The notes beneath the pieces are model-generated. The model was not told the DNA's origin. It worked only from the letters and a program-made list of their open reading frames with translations, and made no database searches. Positions 7,055 to 15,728 of a stretch of 32,000 nt of DNA are shown piece by piece (the stretch's first letter is position 1; every line of letters starts with the position of its first letter). This DNA comes from Actinomadura macrotermitis (lineage in GTDB: Bacteria > Actinomycetota > Actinomycetes > Streptosporangiales > Streptosporangiaceae): NCBI RefSeq assembly GCF_009604375.1, contig NZ_WEGH01000002.1:364073-396072 (forward strand), in the 5' to 3' direction. Both the position numbers and the translations under genes were made by a program.

Positions 7055-8566
7055 TCACGAGCGGGGACCGGCGAGGCCGGCGGCGTGGCAGGCCGCTTCC
7101 GTGCGAAGGTGCCGCCGGGTCACCTTGCCCGCCGGGTTGCGCGGCAGCTCCCGGACGACCTTGAATCCGACCGGGCGCTTGTACAAGGCGAGCCGCTCGC
7201 GGACCAGCCCCTTGAGCGACGCGACGAACTCCGCGGCCTCGCCCGGGGCCTCGCCGGGGGCGACGACATAGGCGAACGGCAGCTCGCCCCATTCGTCGCT
7301 CGGCACGCCGACGACGCACGCGTCCCGCACTCCGGGATGCTCCAGGAGCACGCGCTCGACCTCCGCGGGGAAGATCTTCTGCCCGCCGCGGATGATCACT
7401 TCCTTCACCCGCCCGGCGAGGTGGACGTACCCGTGCTCGTCCACCGTGCCCAGGTCGCCCGTGCGGACCCAGCCGTCGCGCACGGCCTCCTCGGTGGCGG
7501 CGGAATCGTTCCAGTACCCGCGCATCCGGCCCGGCCCGCACACCCACAGCTCGCCGTCGTCGCGGCTCTCCACGACCGTGCCCATGATCGCCCGGCCGAC
7601 CGAGGCGCCCGCGCCCCGGGGGACCGCCGACGTGTAGTCGTGCTCGGACGGGGCGAGGGTCGCCACCGGCCCGCCGCCCTCGGTGATGCCGTACACCTGG
7701 CGGAATCCGCACCCGAGCGTCGCGTGCGCCTCCAGGAGCAGGGGACGCGGCATCGGCGCCGCCGCGTAGACGACCTCCCGGAGGCTCGGCAGGCTCGCGG
7801 ACGAGCGCTTTGCGGCCTGTAGGACGAACCTCAGCATCTCCGGCACCAGGAACAGGTGCGTCGCCTCCGCCCGGCGGATCGTGGCGAGGCAACCGGGCGG
7901 GCTGAACATCCGCATGAGGACGATGGTCGCGCCGGCGGCCATGTAGACGAGCGGCAGCACCATCGCCCCGTGGGACAAGGGGCCGCAGTGCAGGAACACG
8001 GTGTCGCCGCCGGGATCGACGTCGGCCAGGTAGCCCGTCGCCACCGACCGCAGCGACCGGTGGTCGACGCAGACGCCCTTCGGACGGCCCGTCGTCGCCG
8101 AGGTATGCAGGATGAACATCAGCTCGTCGTCGGGGATGTCGAGCGGCGGCGGCCGGTCCCCGCTCGCGACGGCGTCCCGGTACCGGCCGCTCTCGAACGC
8201 GAGCACGGAGCAGCCGGCCGGGCGGGAGAGCCTGCGCAAAAGCTCCTCTTCACCCGCGATCGCCGAGGTCTCGCATCCCGCGACGATCGCCGCCACCTCG
8301 TCCGGGACGGCGCCGTAGTGGACGGGGACCGCGATCGCCCCCACCTTGCCGAGCGCGAAGTAGGTCTCCAGTACCTCAAGGCGGTTGTGCGAGAGGACCG
8401 CGACCCGGTGGCCGCGTCCGACGCCCATCGCGTGGAACGCGGCGGCCAGGCCGTCGGTCCGCCGGTCCAGTTCCGCGTAGGTGACACGCCGGTCCGCGTC
8501 GATGACCGCGACGCGCTCACCGTGGCGCTGCCGGCCTCGCTCCGATAACCGCGCCATCCAGGCCAT
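7055..8566 (-). CDS. AMP-dependent synthetase/ligase (FadD / acyl-CoA synthetase / FAAL type adenylating enzyme)
   Basis: AMP-binding motifs are present: LHTSATTGRPKGV, YGITEGG, WVRTGDLGTVDEHGYVHLAGRVKEVIIRGGQKIFPAEVE and a C-terminal PRNPAGKV. RBS is GAGGAGGGG. 503 aa. The motifs look like acyl-CoA-ligase type rather than an NRPS A-domain. Confidence 0.9.
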   Translation of the reverse strand: MAWMARLSERGRQRHGERVAVIDADRRVTYAELDRRTDGLAAAFHAMGVGRGHRVAVLSHNRLEVLETYFALGKVGAIAVPVHYGAVPDEVAAIVAGCETSAIAGEEELLRRLSRPAGCSVLAFESGRYRDAVASGDRPPPLDIPDDELMFILHTSATTGRPKGVCVDHRSLRSVATGYLADVDPGGDTVFLHCGPLSHGAMVLPLVYMAAGATIVLMRMFSPPGCLATIRRAEATHLFLVPEMLRFVLQAAKRSSASLPSLREVVYAAAPMPRPLLLEAHATLGCGFRQVYGITEGGGPVATLAPSEHDYTSAVPRGAGASVGRAIMGTVVESRDDGELWVCGPGRMRGYWNDSAATEEAVRDGWVRTGDLGTVDEHGYVHLAGRVKEVIIRGGQKIFPAEVERVLLEHPGVRDACVVGVPSDEWGELPFAYVVAPGEAPGEAAEFVASLKGLVRERLALYKRPVGFKVVRELPRNPAGKVTRRHLRTEAACHAAGLAGPRS

Positions 8567-8594
8567 CGTGGTGGTCCCCTCCTCGTGCGGGCCG

Positions 8595-9419
8595 TCAGCC
8601 CGACGCCCGCACCGCGCTCATCGCGATCGTGGTGTAGCGCATGGTGAAGGTGCCGCCCACCGCGTCGATGGCCTCGCCGATGCCCGCCTGCACCTCGTGC
8701 ACCTTGGCCGCCGGGTACTGGCCGTGGTCGCCGTGGGTGGGCAGCTGGTCCACCCACTCGTCGCGGGTGTAGCTCTTCTCCCAGGCGAAGCGCCACTCCT
8801 CCGGTTCGCCGAACGCGCCGGCCTCCCGCATCCCGTCCGCGGCCTTGCCGCACAGCATCACGTAGCCGTCCATGGCCTTCGCCGTCCACTGGCGGGCGAC
8901 GAGCGAGTCGGGCAGCAGCCGCCGGTAGACCTCGCCGAAGGACCGCAGCAGTTCCGGCGGCGGCGTCTCGGCGTTCCAGAACACCGCCAGCCGCCCGCCG
9001 GGCCGCAGCACCTGCGCCGCCTTCGCCGCCCCGGCGGCCGCGTCCAGCCAGTGCCAGCTCTGCCCGGAGACGACCGCGTCGAAAGTGCGGCCGGACGGCT
9101 CCCAGGTCTCGAAGGTCGCCACTTCGGCCGCCAGCCCGCGGCGCCGGGCGAACTCGGCCATCCGCGCGTCGGGCTCGACCCCGAGCACCGTGCAGCCGGC
9201 CGCCTGGAAGAGCCGGCTGGAGATGCCGGTCCCGCAGCCGACGTCGACGACGTCGAGACCGGTCCGGTTCGCGGTGATCCGGTCCACCAGGGCCGCGGGA
9301 TAACTGGGCCGTGTGCGGTCGTAGCGCTCGGGGTCCGACCCGAACGCCTCGGCCACCTGCCGGTGCCGATGGAGTTCCTTCTCGGAGAGGGGGGTGCGGG
9401 CGGAAGGTGTAGTGGGCAT
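8595..9419 (-). CDS. class I SAM-dependent methyltransferase
   Basis: Motif I VVDVGCGTGISSRLF and post-I LGVEPD are present, with a Methyltransf_11-like layout. The start ATG sits exactly 6 nt after a TAAAAT -10 box, so the transcript looks leaderless. 274 aa. Confidence 0.85.
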   Translation of the reverse strand: MPTTPSARTPLSEKELHRHRQVAEAFGSDPERYDRTRPSYPAALVDRITANRTGLDVVDVGCGTGISSRLFQAAGCTVLGVEPDARMAEFARRRGLAAEVATFETWEPSGRTFDAVVSGQSWHWLDAAAGAAKAAQVLRPGGRLAVFWNAETPPPELLRSFGEVYRRLLPDSLVARQWTAKAMDGYVMLCGKAADGMREAGAFGEPEEWRFAWEKSYTRDEWVDQLPTHGDHGQYPAAKVHEVQAGIGEAIDAVGGTFTMRYTTIAMSAVRASG

Positions 9420-9455
9420 GTGCCCATTTTAAGTGGGCACACGCCCACTCGTCAA
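9411..9455 (-). promoter_or_regulatory. near-consensus leaderless promoter with two embedded palindromes
   Basis: The minus strand reads TTGACG-AGTGGGCGTGTGCCCACT-TAAAAT-GGGCAC-ATG. The -35 is at 9450-9455, the 18-nt spacer is a 7-bp-arm palindrome (9432-9449), and the -10 is at 9426-9431. The ATG follows 6 nt later. A second palindrome TGGGCA-nn-TGCCCA (9413-9426) spans the start codon. Confidence 0.6.
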
Positions 9456-10765
9456 TGGGGTTCGACGAGGGCGAGGGCATGGCCGCGCAGCTCCTCCTCG
9501 GCCGTCGTCTCCACCCGGGCCATCGCCAGGCGCAGGACGGGCGGCGCCATCAGCGACGTGATGATCGCGACCAGCACGACGATCGTGTAGCTCGCGGTGC
9601 TCAGCACCCCCAGGCGCAGCCCCACCGTGGCCACCACGACCTCGACCACCCCGCGGGCGTTCAGCCCCGCCCCCAGGGCCAGCGCCTCCCACCGGTTCAG
9701 GCCGCCCAGCAGCGCCCCGGCGAAGGCGCCGGCGAACTTGCCCGCGACCGCCAGCAGCAGGACGGCCAGCCCCGTCCAGAGCACCAAGGGCCGTCCGAGC
9801 GCCGTCAGGTCCATGCGCAGCCCGGCGGCGGCGAAGAAGACCGGAGCGAGGAAGCTCGTCACGAGCGAGCGCAGCGGCGCGAGCCGCTCCGCGCTCACCG
9901 CACCGGTGGAGCCGATGACGATCCCGCCCAGGAACGCGCCGAAGATCGGCTCCAGCCCGAGGGCATGGGTGCCCGCCGCCGCCAGCAGCATCAGCGCGAT
10001 CATCGTCGGAACCGAACGATCCTGCGTCCCCGGCCGGGCCGACCACCCCAGCAGCGGGCCGGCCACCGGACGGGCCGCGAACGCCAGCACCACGACCAGC
10101 AGCAGGGCGCCGGCCGAGGCCGCGACCCCCACGGCGGTCACCCCGGTCGCGGCCATCGCCGACACGACCGACAGCAGCAGCCAGCCCGCCGCGTCGTCCA
10201 CCATCCCGGCCGTCAGTGTGAGCTGGCCGATGTCACGGTGCAGCAGCCCCATGTCCGCCAGCGTCCTGGCGATGACGGGGATCGCGCTGACGCACATCGC
10301 CACACCGAGGAAGAACGCGAAGACCCGGCGATCGGCGCCGTCCGCCATCAGGGCCCCGGGCAGCAGGAAGCCCGCACCGACGCCGAGCGCCAGCGGGACG
10401 GCCAGGCCGGACAGGCTGACCCTGACCGCCACCGCCCCTTGCCTGCGCATCAGCGCGAAGTCGAGCTGGGCACCGGTGACACCGACGAGGAGCAGCACAC
10501 CGATCTGCCCGAAGGCGTCGAGAAGGTGGAACTGCGCCGGATCCTTCGGCAGCAGCCATCCGGAAAGGGCGGGCGCGACGTGGTCGAGCAGCGACGGCCC
10601 GAGCAGCACACCGGCCAGCAGCTCCCCCGCGACGGTGGGCATCGCGAGCCGCGCCGCCAGGCGGCCGAGCACCACGGCGGACGCGAGCAGCAGCCCGACC
10701 TGGAGGAGGAACACCAGCATCGGGTGCGCGGCCAGCGGTGCGACAGGGGCGGCGGAGAGCACCAC
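9452..10765 (-). CDS. cation:proton antiporter (CPA2 / Na+/H+-exchanger family membrane protein)
   Basis: The protein is hydrophobic throughout, with multiple predicted TM spans. The N-terminal LGRLAARLAMPTVAGELLAGVLLGPSLL is characteristic of KefB/NapA-type exchangers. The GTG start follows AGGAGA, which overlaps the stop of the upstream small ORF. Confidence 0.8.
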   Translation of the reverse strand: MVLSAAPVAPLAAHPMLVFLLQVGLLLASAVVLGRLAARLAMPTVAGELLAGVLLGPSLLDHVAPALSGWLLPKDPAQFHLLDAFGQIGVLLLVGVTGAQLDFALMRRQGAVAVRVSLSGLAVPLALGVGAGFLLPGALMADGADRRVFAFFLGVAMCVSAIPVIARTLADMGLLHRDIGQLTLTAGMVDDAAGWLLLSVVSAMAATGVTAVGVAASAGALLLVVVLAFAARPVAGPLLGWSARPGTQDRSVPTMIALMLLAAAGTHALGLEPIFGAFLGGIVIGSTGAVSAERLAPLRSLVTSFLAPVFFAAAGLRMDLTALGRPLVLWTGLAVLLLAVAGKFAGAFAGALLGGLNRWEALALGAGLNARGVVEVVVATVGLRLGVLSTASYTIVVLVAIITSLMAPPVLRLAMARVETTAEEELRGHALALVEPH

Positions 10766-10774
10766 GGGCGTCTC

Positions 10775-11035
10775 CTATGCCTGACGGTCCAGCCGGGACC
10801 AGAACTCGCGTTCCCGCGGGCTCAGCGCGGCATAGGGAACGAGCCGCTCGGGGTGGCCGTCCGGAGGCGGCTCGGCCGGGATCGGCTCCTCCTGCGCCCC
10901 CTCACCGGCGAAGCCGTCCCGCTCCTGGCGCAGATAGAGCACCATGTCATAGGGAAAGCCCATCATCATGCAGTTCATGGCCATCGCCAAACCGAACTCA
11001 TGCAGCAGCCGGCGGGCCATCCTGCGTAAGTCCAT
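10775..11035 (-). CDS. small hypothetical protein (86 aa), Met-rich N-terminus, translationally linked to the antiporter
   Basis: ATG 11035 is preceded by AAAGGGGAG-N5. The TAG stop lies inside the antiporter RBS. The sequence MDLRRMARRLLHEFGLAMAMNCMMMGFPYDM... matches no recognised family. Confidence 0.5.
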   Translation of the reverse strand: MDLRRMARRLLHEFGLAMAMNCMMMGFPYDMVLYLRQERDGFAGEGAQEEPIPAEPPPDGHPERLVPYAALSPREREFWSRLDRQA

Positions 11036-11151
11036 CACGGCTCCCCTTTCTTCATGCGATTCCACCAATGAGTCACAGTGCCGGAGGGAGCCGGTCGCAA
11101 TGAACCCCCAATAGTGGGGGCTGCCCAAATTCGAGTTCACGCGCTAGGGGT

Positions 11152-11185
11152 TTTACGCGCACACGGCGGGCCGTACTGTTGGCCG
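11152..11185 (+). promoter_or_regulatory. putative leaderless promoter of kynU (TTTACG-N16-TACTGT-N6-ATG)
   Basis: Hexamers lie at 11152-11157 and 11174-11179. No Shine-Dalgarno sequence precedes ATG 11186. Confidence 0.4.
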
Positions 11186-12436
11186 ATGACCGATCCGTAT
11201 ATGGAAGAAGCCAGGCGATTGGACGCGGCCGATTCTCTTTCGGGTTTCCGGGACAGGTTCGTGATCACCGATCCCGGCATCGCCTATCTGGACGGGAACT
11301 CACTGGGCCGGCTGCCGCGGTCCACCCGCGACCGGCTGCGCGCGCTCGTCGACGAATGGGGCGCGGACCTGATCGACGGCTGGCGGCGGTGGCTGCCGGC
11401 CGGCCGCGAGGCGGGCGACCTCGTCGCACGGATCGTCGGCGCCGAGCCGGGCGAGGTCGTGCTGTCCGACTCGACCGGCGTCAACCTGTACAAGCTGGCC
11501 GTCGCAGCGCTGGACGCCCGGCCGGGACGCGATGTGATCGTCGCCGCCGCCGACGACTTCCCCACCGACCGGTACATCCTGGACGGCATCGCCGCGGCGC
11601 GCGGGCTCAAGGTGCGGTGGCTCGGCTCCGGCCTCGACGACGCCGTGCGACCGGCCGACGTGGAGGCCGCGCTGGACGCCCGGGTCGCGCTGGTGTGCCT
11701 GTCCCACGTGGCGTACCGGTCCGGCGCGGTGGCCGACCTCGCCGGGGTGACGAAAGCGGCGCACCGGCACGGCGCGCTGGTGCTGTGGGACCTGTGCCAC
11801 TCCGCCGGCGCCGTCCAGGTCGGGCTGTCCGCCGCCAACGCGGACCTCGCGGTCGGCTGCACCTACAAGTATCTGAACGGCGGGCCGGGCGCACCCGCCT
11901 TCCTGTACGTGCGGCGGAAGCTCCAGCCCCTGCTGCGGCAGCCGATCTGGGGCTGGTTCGGGCAGACCGACCAGTTCGCCATGGGGCCGGACTACCGGCC
12001 GGTGCCGGCGATCGAACGCTTCCTCGTCGGCACTCCCCCGGTGCTGGCCGGCCATGCGGCGCTGGAAGGGGCGCGCCTGACGGCCGAGGCCGGGATCGAG
12101 GCCATCGCGGCCAAGGCGCGGAGCCTGACCGGGTACGCGCTGCGGCTGGCCGACGCCTGGCTGGCACCGCTCGGGTTCCGGGTCGCCTCGCCTCGCGACG
12201 GGCGGCGGCGCGGCGCCCACCTGACCTTGCACCATCCCTCCGCCTGGCCCGTGTGCCAGGCGGCGAAATCGGCCGGGGTGATCCCGGACTACCGTGCACC
12301 CCAGCGGCTCCGGCTCGGCTTTCCGCCGCTGTACACCCGCCACATCGACGTGCACAGCGGATTGTCGCGGCTGCGCGACGTCGCGGCGACCGGCCGGTAC
12401 AGGGACTTCCCTGACGACCCGAAGGGACTGACATGA
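11186..12436 (+). CDS. kynU: kynureninase (PLP-dependent, aminotransferase class V fold)
   Basis: The N-terminus has FRDRFVI...IYLDGNSLG. The PLP-lysine motif GCTYKYLNGGPGAPAF is the kynureninase signature. 416 aa. There is no RBS, and the ATG lies 6 nt after a TACTGT -10 box. Confidence 0.9.
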   Translation: MTDPYMEEARRLDAADSLSGFRDRFVITDPGIAYLDGNSLGRLPRSTRDRLRALVDEWGADLIDGWRRWLPAGREAGDLVARIVGAEPGEVVLSDSTGVNLYKLAVAALDARPGRDVIVAAADDFPTDRYILDGIAAARGLKVRWLGSGLDDAVRPADVEAALDARVALVCLSHVAYRSGAVADLAGVTKAAHRHGALVLWDLCHSAGAVQVGLSAANADLAVGCTYKYLNGGPGAPAFLYVRRKLQPLLRQPIWGWFGQTDQFAMGPDYRPVPAIERFLVGTPPVLAGHAALEGARLTAEAGIEAIAAKARSLTGYALRLADAWLAPLGFRVASPRDGRRRGAHLTLHHPSAWPVCQAAKSAGVIPDYRAPQRLRLGFPPLYTRHIDVHSGLSRLRDVAATGRYRDFPDDPKGLT

Positions 12437-13245
12437 CGACCACGGGCGACGGCGTCCAGCCGGAGGGCTACCCCGCCCGGCTGGCCCGGCTGACCGACGT
12501 GCCCGACGGCGCGTACCGGACCGTCCGGTACGGACCCGCGCCGGAGCAGTTCGGCGAGTACTGGCCGGGGGGCGACGGGGCGGCCGTGGTCCTGGTCCAC
12601 GGCGGCTACTGGCGCAAGCGCTACCGGCTGGACCTGATGCGCCTGCTCGCCGCCGATCTCAACGCCCGCGGGTTCGCGGTGTGGAACATCGAGTACCGGC
12701 GGATGGACATGGCGGGCGGCGGCTGGCCCGGCACCTTCGACGACGTCTCCGCCGCGCTGGACGCGGTGACCGGCCTCGACGGCGGGGCGGTCGATCCCGC
12801 CCGTGTGGGCCTGGTCGGCCACTCGGCCGGAGGACATCTCGCGCTGTGGGCGGCCCACCGGGCGGCCGGGCCAGGGCGGGTCTCCCCCGCCGCGGTGGTG
12901 TCGCTCGCGGGGGTGTGCGACCTGGTGACGGCCGCGCGGCTGGGGCTGAGCAACGGCGCGGTGGCGGAGCTGCTCGGGGGCGGGCCGGACGACCTGCCGG
13001 AGGTGTACCGGCGAGCCGACCCGATGGCGCTGGTCCCGCTCGGTGTGCCGCAACTGGTGGTGCACGGCACCGCCGACGAGGACGTGCCCATCGAGCTGAG
13101 CCGGCGCTACGCCGAGGCGGCGGGCCGCGAGGCGGTGCTGCTCACCCTGCCGGACGCCGACCATATGGACGTGATCACTCCGGGCACGGCGGCCTGGGCG
13201 CGGATCGCGGAGGAACTGGGCCGGCTCCTGCCGCCCGGCCGGTAA
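12433..13245 (+). CDS. alpha/beta hydrolase, arylformamidase (AFMID/Bna7-type kynurenine formamidase) candidate
   Basis: ATGA overlap with the kynU stop. Motifs present are HGGYW, nucleophile elbow GHSAGGH, and Asp (GTADEDV) and His (DADHMDV) triad positions. 270 aa. Confidence 0.7.
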   Translation: MTTTGDGVQPEGYPARLARLTDVPDGAYRTVRYGPAPEQFGEYWPGGDGAAVVLVHGGYWRKRYRLDLMRLLAADLNARGFAVWNIEYRRMDMAGGGWPGTFDDVSAALDAVTGLDGGAVDPARVGLVGHSAGGHLALWAAHRAAGPGRVSPAAVVSLAGVCDLVTAARLGLSNGAVAELLGGGPDDLPEVYRRADPMALVPLGVPQLVVHGTADEDVPIELSRRYAEAAGREAVLLTLPDADHMDVITPGTAAWARIAEELGRLLPPGR

Positions 13246-13276
13246 GGCGCCCGGGCCGGCCGGGCCGGCGGACGTC

Positions 13277-13310
13277 CGCCTCGGACGGGTTCGCGAACCC
13301 GTCCGAGGCG
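13277..13310. terminator. perfect 34-nt palindrome, likely bidirectional terminator between convergent operons
   Basis: CGCCTCGGACGGGTTCG|CGAACCCGTCCGAGGCG has 17-bp arms. It lies between the formamidase stop (13245) and the halogenase stop (13322). Confidence 0.65.
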
Positions 13311-13321
13311 CCGCCGCCGCG

Positions 13322-14920
13322 TCAGCGGCCGTGAATGGCCCGCAGCAGCTCGTAGTTGCTGGGCAGCGTCTCGGCATACTCCCGCTGGCGGCGCTTGACC
13401 TCATCGAACAGCGGTTCCGCCGCGCGCACCGACTCCGGCTTGTAGGCCAGTGCCGGAAGCGGCCGGTCGGGCAGGAATCCCATCCCGGTGAAGATGCAGT
13501 AATAGCTGCCGTTGGTCCAGAAGTTACGGAACTCCGTTTCGAAGTTGCCGTAGTAGTCGCTCTCGCCCGTGATCGGCTGGTTGATCGCGAGCCCGGCCTT
13601 GTACATCGCCATCTTCTCCTGGATGGCGTCGGACAGCTTGAGTTCTTTGTTGGCCTTCCAGAACTCGGTGTCGATGCGCGGCGAGCAGTAGAAGTGGGCC
13701 TGCAGGAAGTCCCGCGTGTCGTCGAACATCACCTGGATCTCGCGGTTGAAGCGGTCCACGAGGGCCGGGTCGAAGTCGCCGTCCGGGATGAGCTTCGCCA
13801 GCCAGTACAGCGCGGCGTAGGTGAAGTAGATGCCGGTGGACTCCAGCGGCTCGACGAAGCACGAGGCGAGTCCGACGCTGACGCAGTTCTTCACCCAGGC
13901 CCGGCGGTTGCGGCCGACGCGGAACCTGACGTGGTTGAACGTCTCCTTCTCAGGGTCCAGGCCCCACATCCGGCTGAACTCCTCGGTCGCCTCGTCCTGG
14001 GAGGCGAACCGGCTGGAGTACACGTAGCCGGTCCCGAACCGGTCCAGCATCGGGATCTTCCAGGTCCAGCCGGACTTCATCGCGATGGACGAGGTGTACG
14101 GCTCGACCCCGAGGCGCTCGTCGTCGTTGGGGATCGCCGTGGCCACCGCGCGGTCGCACAGCAGGTGGTCGCTCATGTCCACGAAGGGCTCGCCCATGGC
14201 CTTGTTGATGAGCAGGCCGCGGAACCCCGAGCAGTCCACGAACAGGTCGCCTTCCAGCACCCTGCCACTGGCGGTGCGCAGGCCGGTGATGTGGCCGCGC
14301 TCGTCCAGCAGCGCCTCCTGCATCGTGTCCTGGACATGCTCGACGCCCTGGCGCCCGGTGGCGAAGCGGCAGAGGAAGTCGGCGACGAGCTGGGCGTCGA
14401 AGTGCCACGCGTACCGGGTGGCACGGCGGCCGTCCAGCCACCGGGGCCCCCGCTTGGCGTCCATCATGGCCGGTTCCGCCATGCAGGCGTAGTCGAAGGG
14501 CTCGTCGGTCTTCCCGGCGTGGTGGCGCTGGAACCAGTAGTGCGACAGCGGGATCTGGTCCTCGTCCGGCAGCAGGCCGAACGGGTGGTGGAACTGGTCG
14601 GGGCGTCCGTCAAGGTCGCGCGGGGTGCTCTGGGACTCACCGGGGCTGCGCCAGTTGATGAACTTGACCGCCAGCTTGAAGGCGGCGTTGCATTCGCGCA
14701 TCCACTCGTCCTCGGGGATGCCGAGGTAGTCGAAGAACGCCCGCTGCAGGTTCGGCACGGTCGCCTCGCCGACGCCGATGCGCGGGATCGAAGGGGCCTC
14801 CAGCACCGTGATGTCCACGGTGCCCTGTAAGGCCTTGCCCAGATAGGACGCGGCCATCCAGCCGGCCGTCCCCCCGCCGAGAATGACGATCTTCTTGATG
14901 CGGTTGCCGAAGGCGTCCAT
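13322..14920 (-). CDS. flavin-dependent tryptophan halogenase, RebH/PrnA-like (Trp 7-halogenase clade)
   Basis: [19 protein letters not shown] (GxGxxG), catalytic Lys context [21 protein letters not shown] (WxWxIP) and [11 protein letters not shown] (catalytic Glu) are present. Near-colinear similarity along the whole length to my recollection of RebH and PrnA. 532 aa. Confidence 0.93.
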   Translation of the reverse strand: MDAFGNRIKKIVILGGGTAGWMAASYLGKALQGTVDITVLEAPSIPRIGVGEATVPNLQRAFFDYLGIPEDEWMRECNAAFKLAVKFINWRSPGESQSTPRDLDGRPDQFHHPFGLLPDEDQIPLSHYWFQRHHAGKTDEPFDYACMAEPAMMDAKRGPRWLDGRRATRYAWHFDAQLVADFLCRFATGRQGVEHVQDTMQEALLDERGHITGLRTASGRVLEGDLFVDCSGFRGLLINKAMGEPFVDMSDHLLCDRAVATAIPNDDERLGVEPYTSSIAMKSGWTWKIPMLDRFGTGYVYSSRFASQDEATEEFSRMWGLDPEKETFNHVRFRVGRNRRAWVKNCVSVGLASCFVEPLESTGIYFTYAALYWLAKLIPDGDFDPALVDRFNREIQVMFDDTRDFLQAHFYCSPRIDTEFWKANKELKLSDAIQEKMAMYKAGLAINQPITGESDYYGNFETEFRNFWTNGSYYCIFTGMGFLPDRPLPALAYKPESVRAAEPLFDEVKRRQREYAETLPSNYELLRAIHGR

Positions 14921-14978
14921 GGTTTCCCTGCCCTTCTCCGTGTTTCACGTTCGCGGTGCGGATCGCTGGACCGCGGGC

Positions 14979-15728
14979 TCACACCCTCGCCCGCAGATCC
15001 CAGAGTTCGGGGTAGAAGCGCTTGGCCGTGGTGGCGTGCAGATAGGCCACCCCGGCGGAACCGCCGGTGCCGCGCCGCCGCCCGATGAGGCGCTCCACCA
15101 TGGGGACGTGCCGGGCCCGCCAGAGCCCGAAGCCCTCGTCGTGCTCGATCATCGCCTCGGCCAGCCGGACCAGCCCGTCGCCGGGCACCTCCGCCCGGTA
15201 CAGCTCCACCAGGTCGGGATCGCCCTGCCGCGTGCGCAGCCGCCGGAACTCGTCCCACAGGGACGGTTCGGCCATCCGGCGCTCCAGCCGGGTCCGCTCG
15301 GGCTCCGACATGCGCGTCGTGGTCAGGTAGTCCGGATCCTTCAGCCCGGACAGGAACTCGATCTCGCGGAACTGGACCGACTGCAGGCCGCTGGAGCCCG
15401 CCAGCGTCCCGCGCAGCGCGGCGAAGCCCCCCGGGCTGATCGTCTCCAGCGTGGCGACCTGCGCGACCAGGATCTCCTCCACCGCGCGGACGCGCCGCAG
15501 GCAGTACACCGCGCGCGGGATGTCGTCGGCCGCCACCGCCGCGACGGCCGCGTCCAGCTCATAAAGGACGATCTTGAATTGCAGCTCGTACACCTGGTGC
15601 ACGGTGAAGAAGAAATGCGCGTCGTGCGCCTCCGCCGACTCCCGCTGCAAGGACAGCAGCGTGTCCAGCCGCAGGAAGTCCCCGTAGCGCGGTTCCCACG
15701 ACGCCGGCTCCGCCGGCGCCCGCGACAT
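14979..15728 (-). CDS. kynA: tryptophan 2,3-dioxygenase (heme-dependent)
   Basis: Distal His region FFTVHQVYELQFK. Proximal His and the GTGGS motif are in WRARHVPMVERLIGRRRGTGGSAGVAYL. The ATG shares 1 nt with the TauD stop (TGATG). 249 aa. Confidence 0.88.
   Translation of the reverse strand: MSRAPAEPASWEPRYGDFLRLDTLLSLQRESAEAHDAHFFFTVHQVYELQFKIVLYELDAAVAAVAADDIPRAVYCLRRVRAVEEILVAQVATLETISPGGFAALRGTLAGSSGLQSVQFREIEFLSGLKDPDYLTTTRMSEPERTRLERRMAEPSLWDEFRRLRTRQGDPDLVELYRAEVPGDGLVRLAEAMIEHDEGFGLWRARHVPMVERLIGRRRGTGGSAGVAYLHATTAKRFYPELWDLRARV

Noticed and set aside
7044-7892. Upstream part of the 542-aa ORF 6264..7892
   Set aside because: It overlaps the AMP-ligase gene in another frame and has no domain signature. 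ATG 7043 with GGAGGA starts a clean carrier domain.
14979-15728. The TDO homologue could be a PrnB-like 7-Cl-Trp rearranging enzyme (pyrrolnitrin logic)
   Set aside because: It is short (249 aa) and carries canonical TDO distal- and proximal-His and GTGGS motifs. A formamidase and a kynureninase are adjacent, so genuine dioxygenase chemistry is favoured. Only an assay can exclude the alternative.
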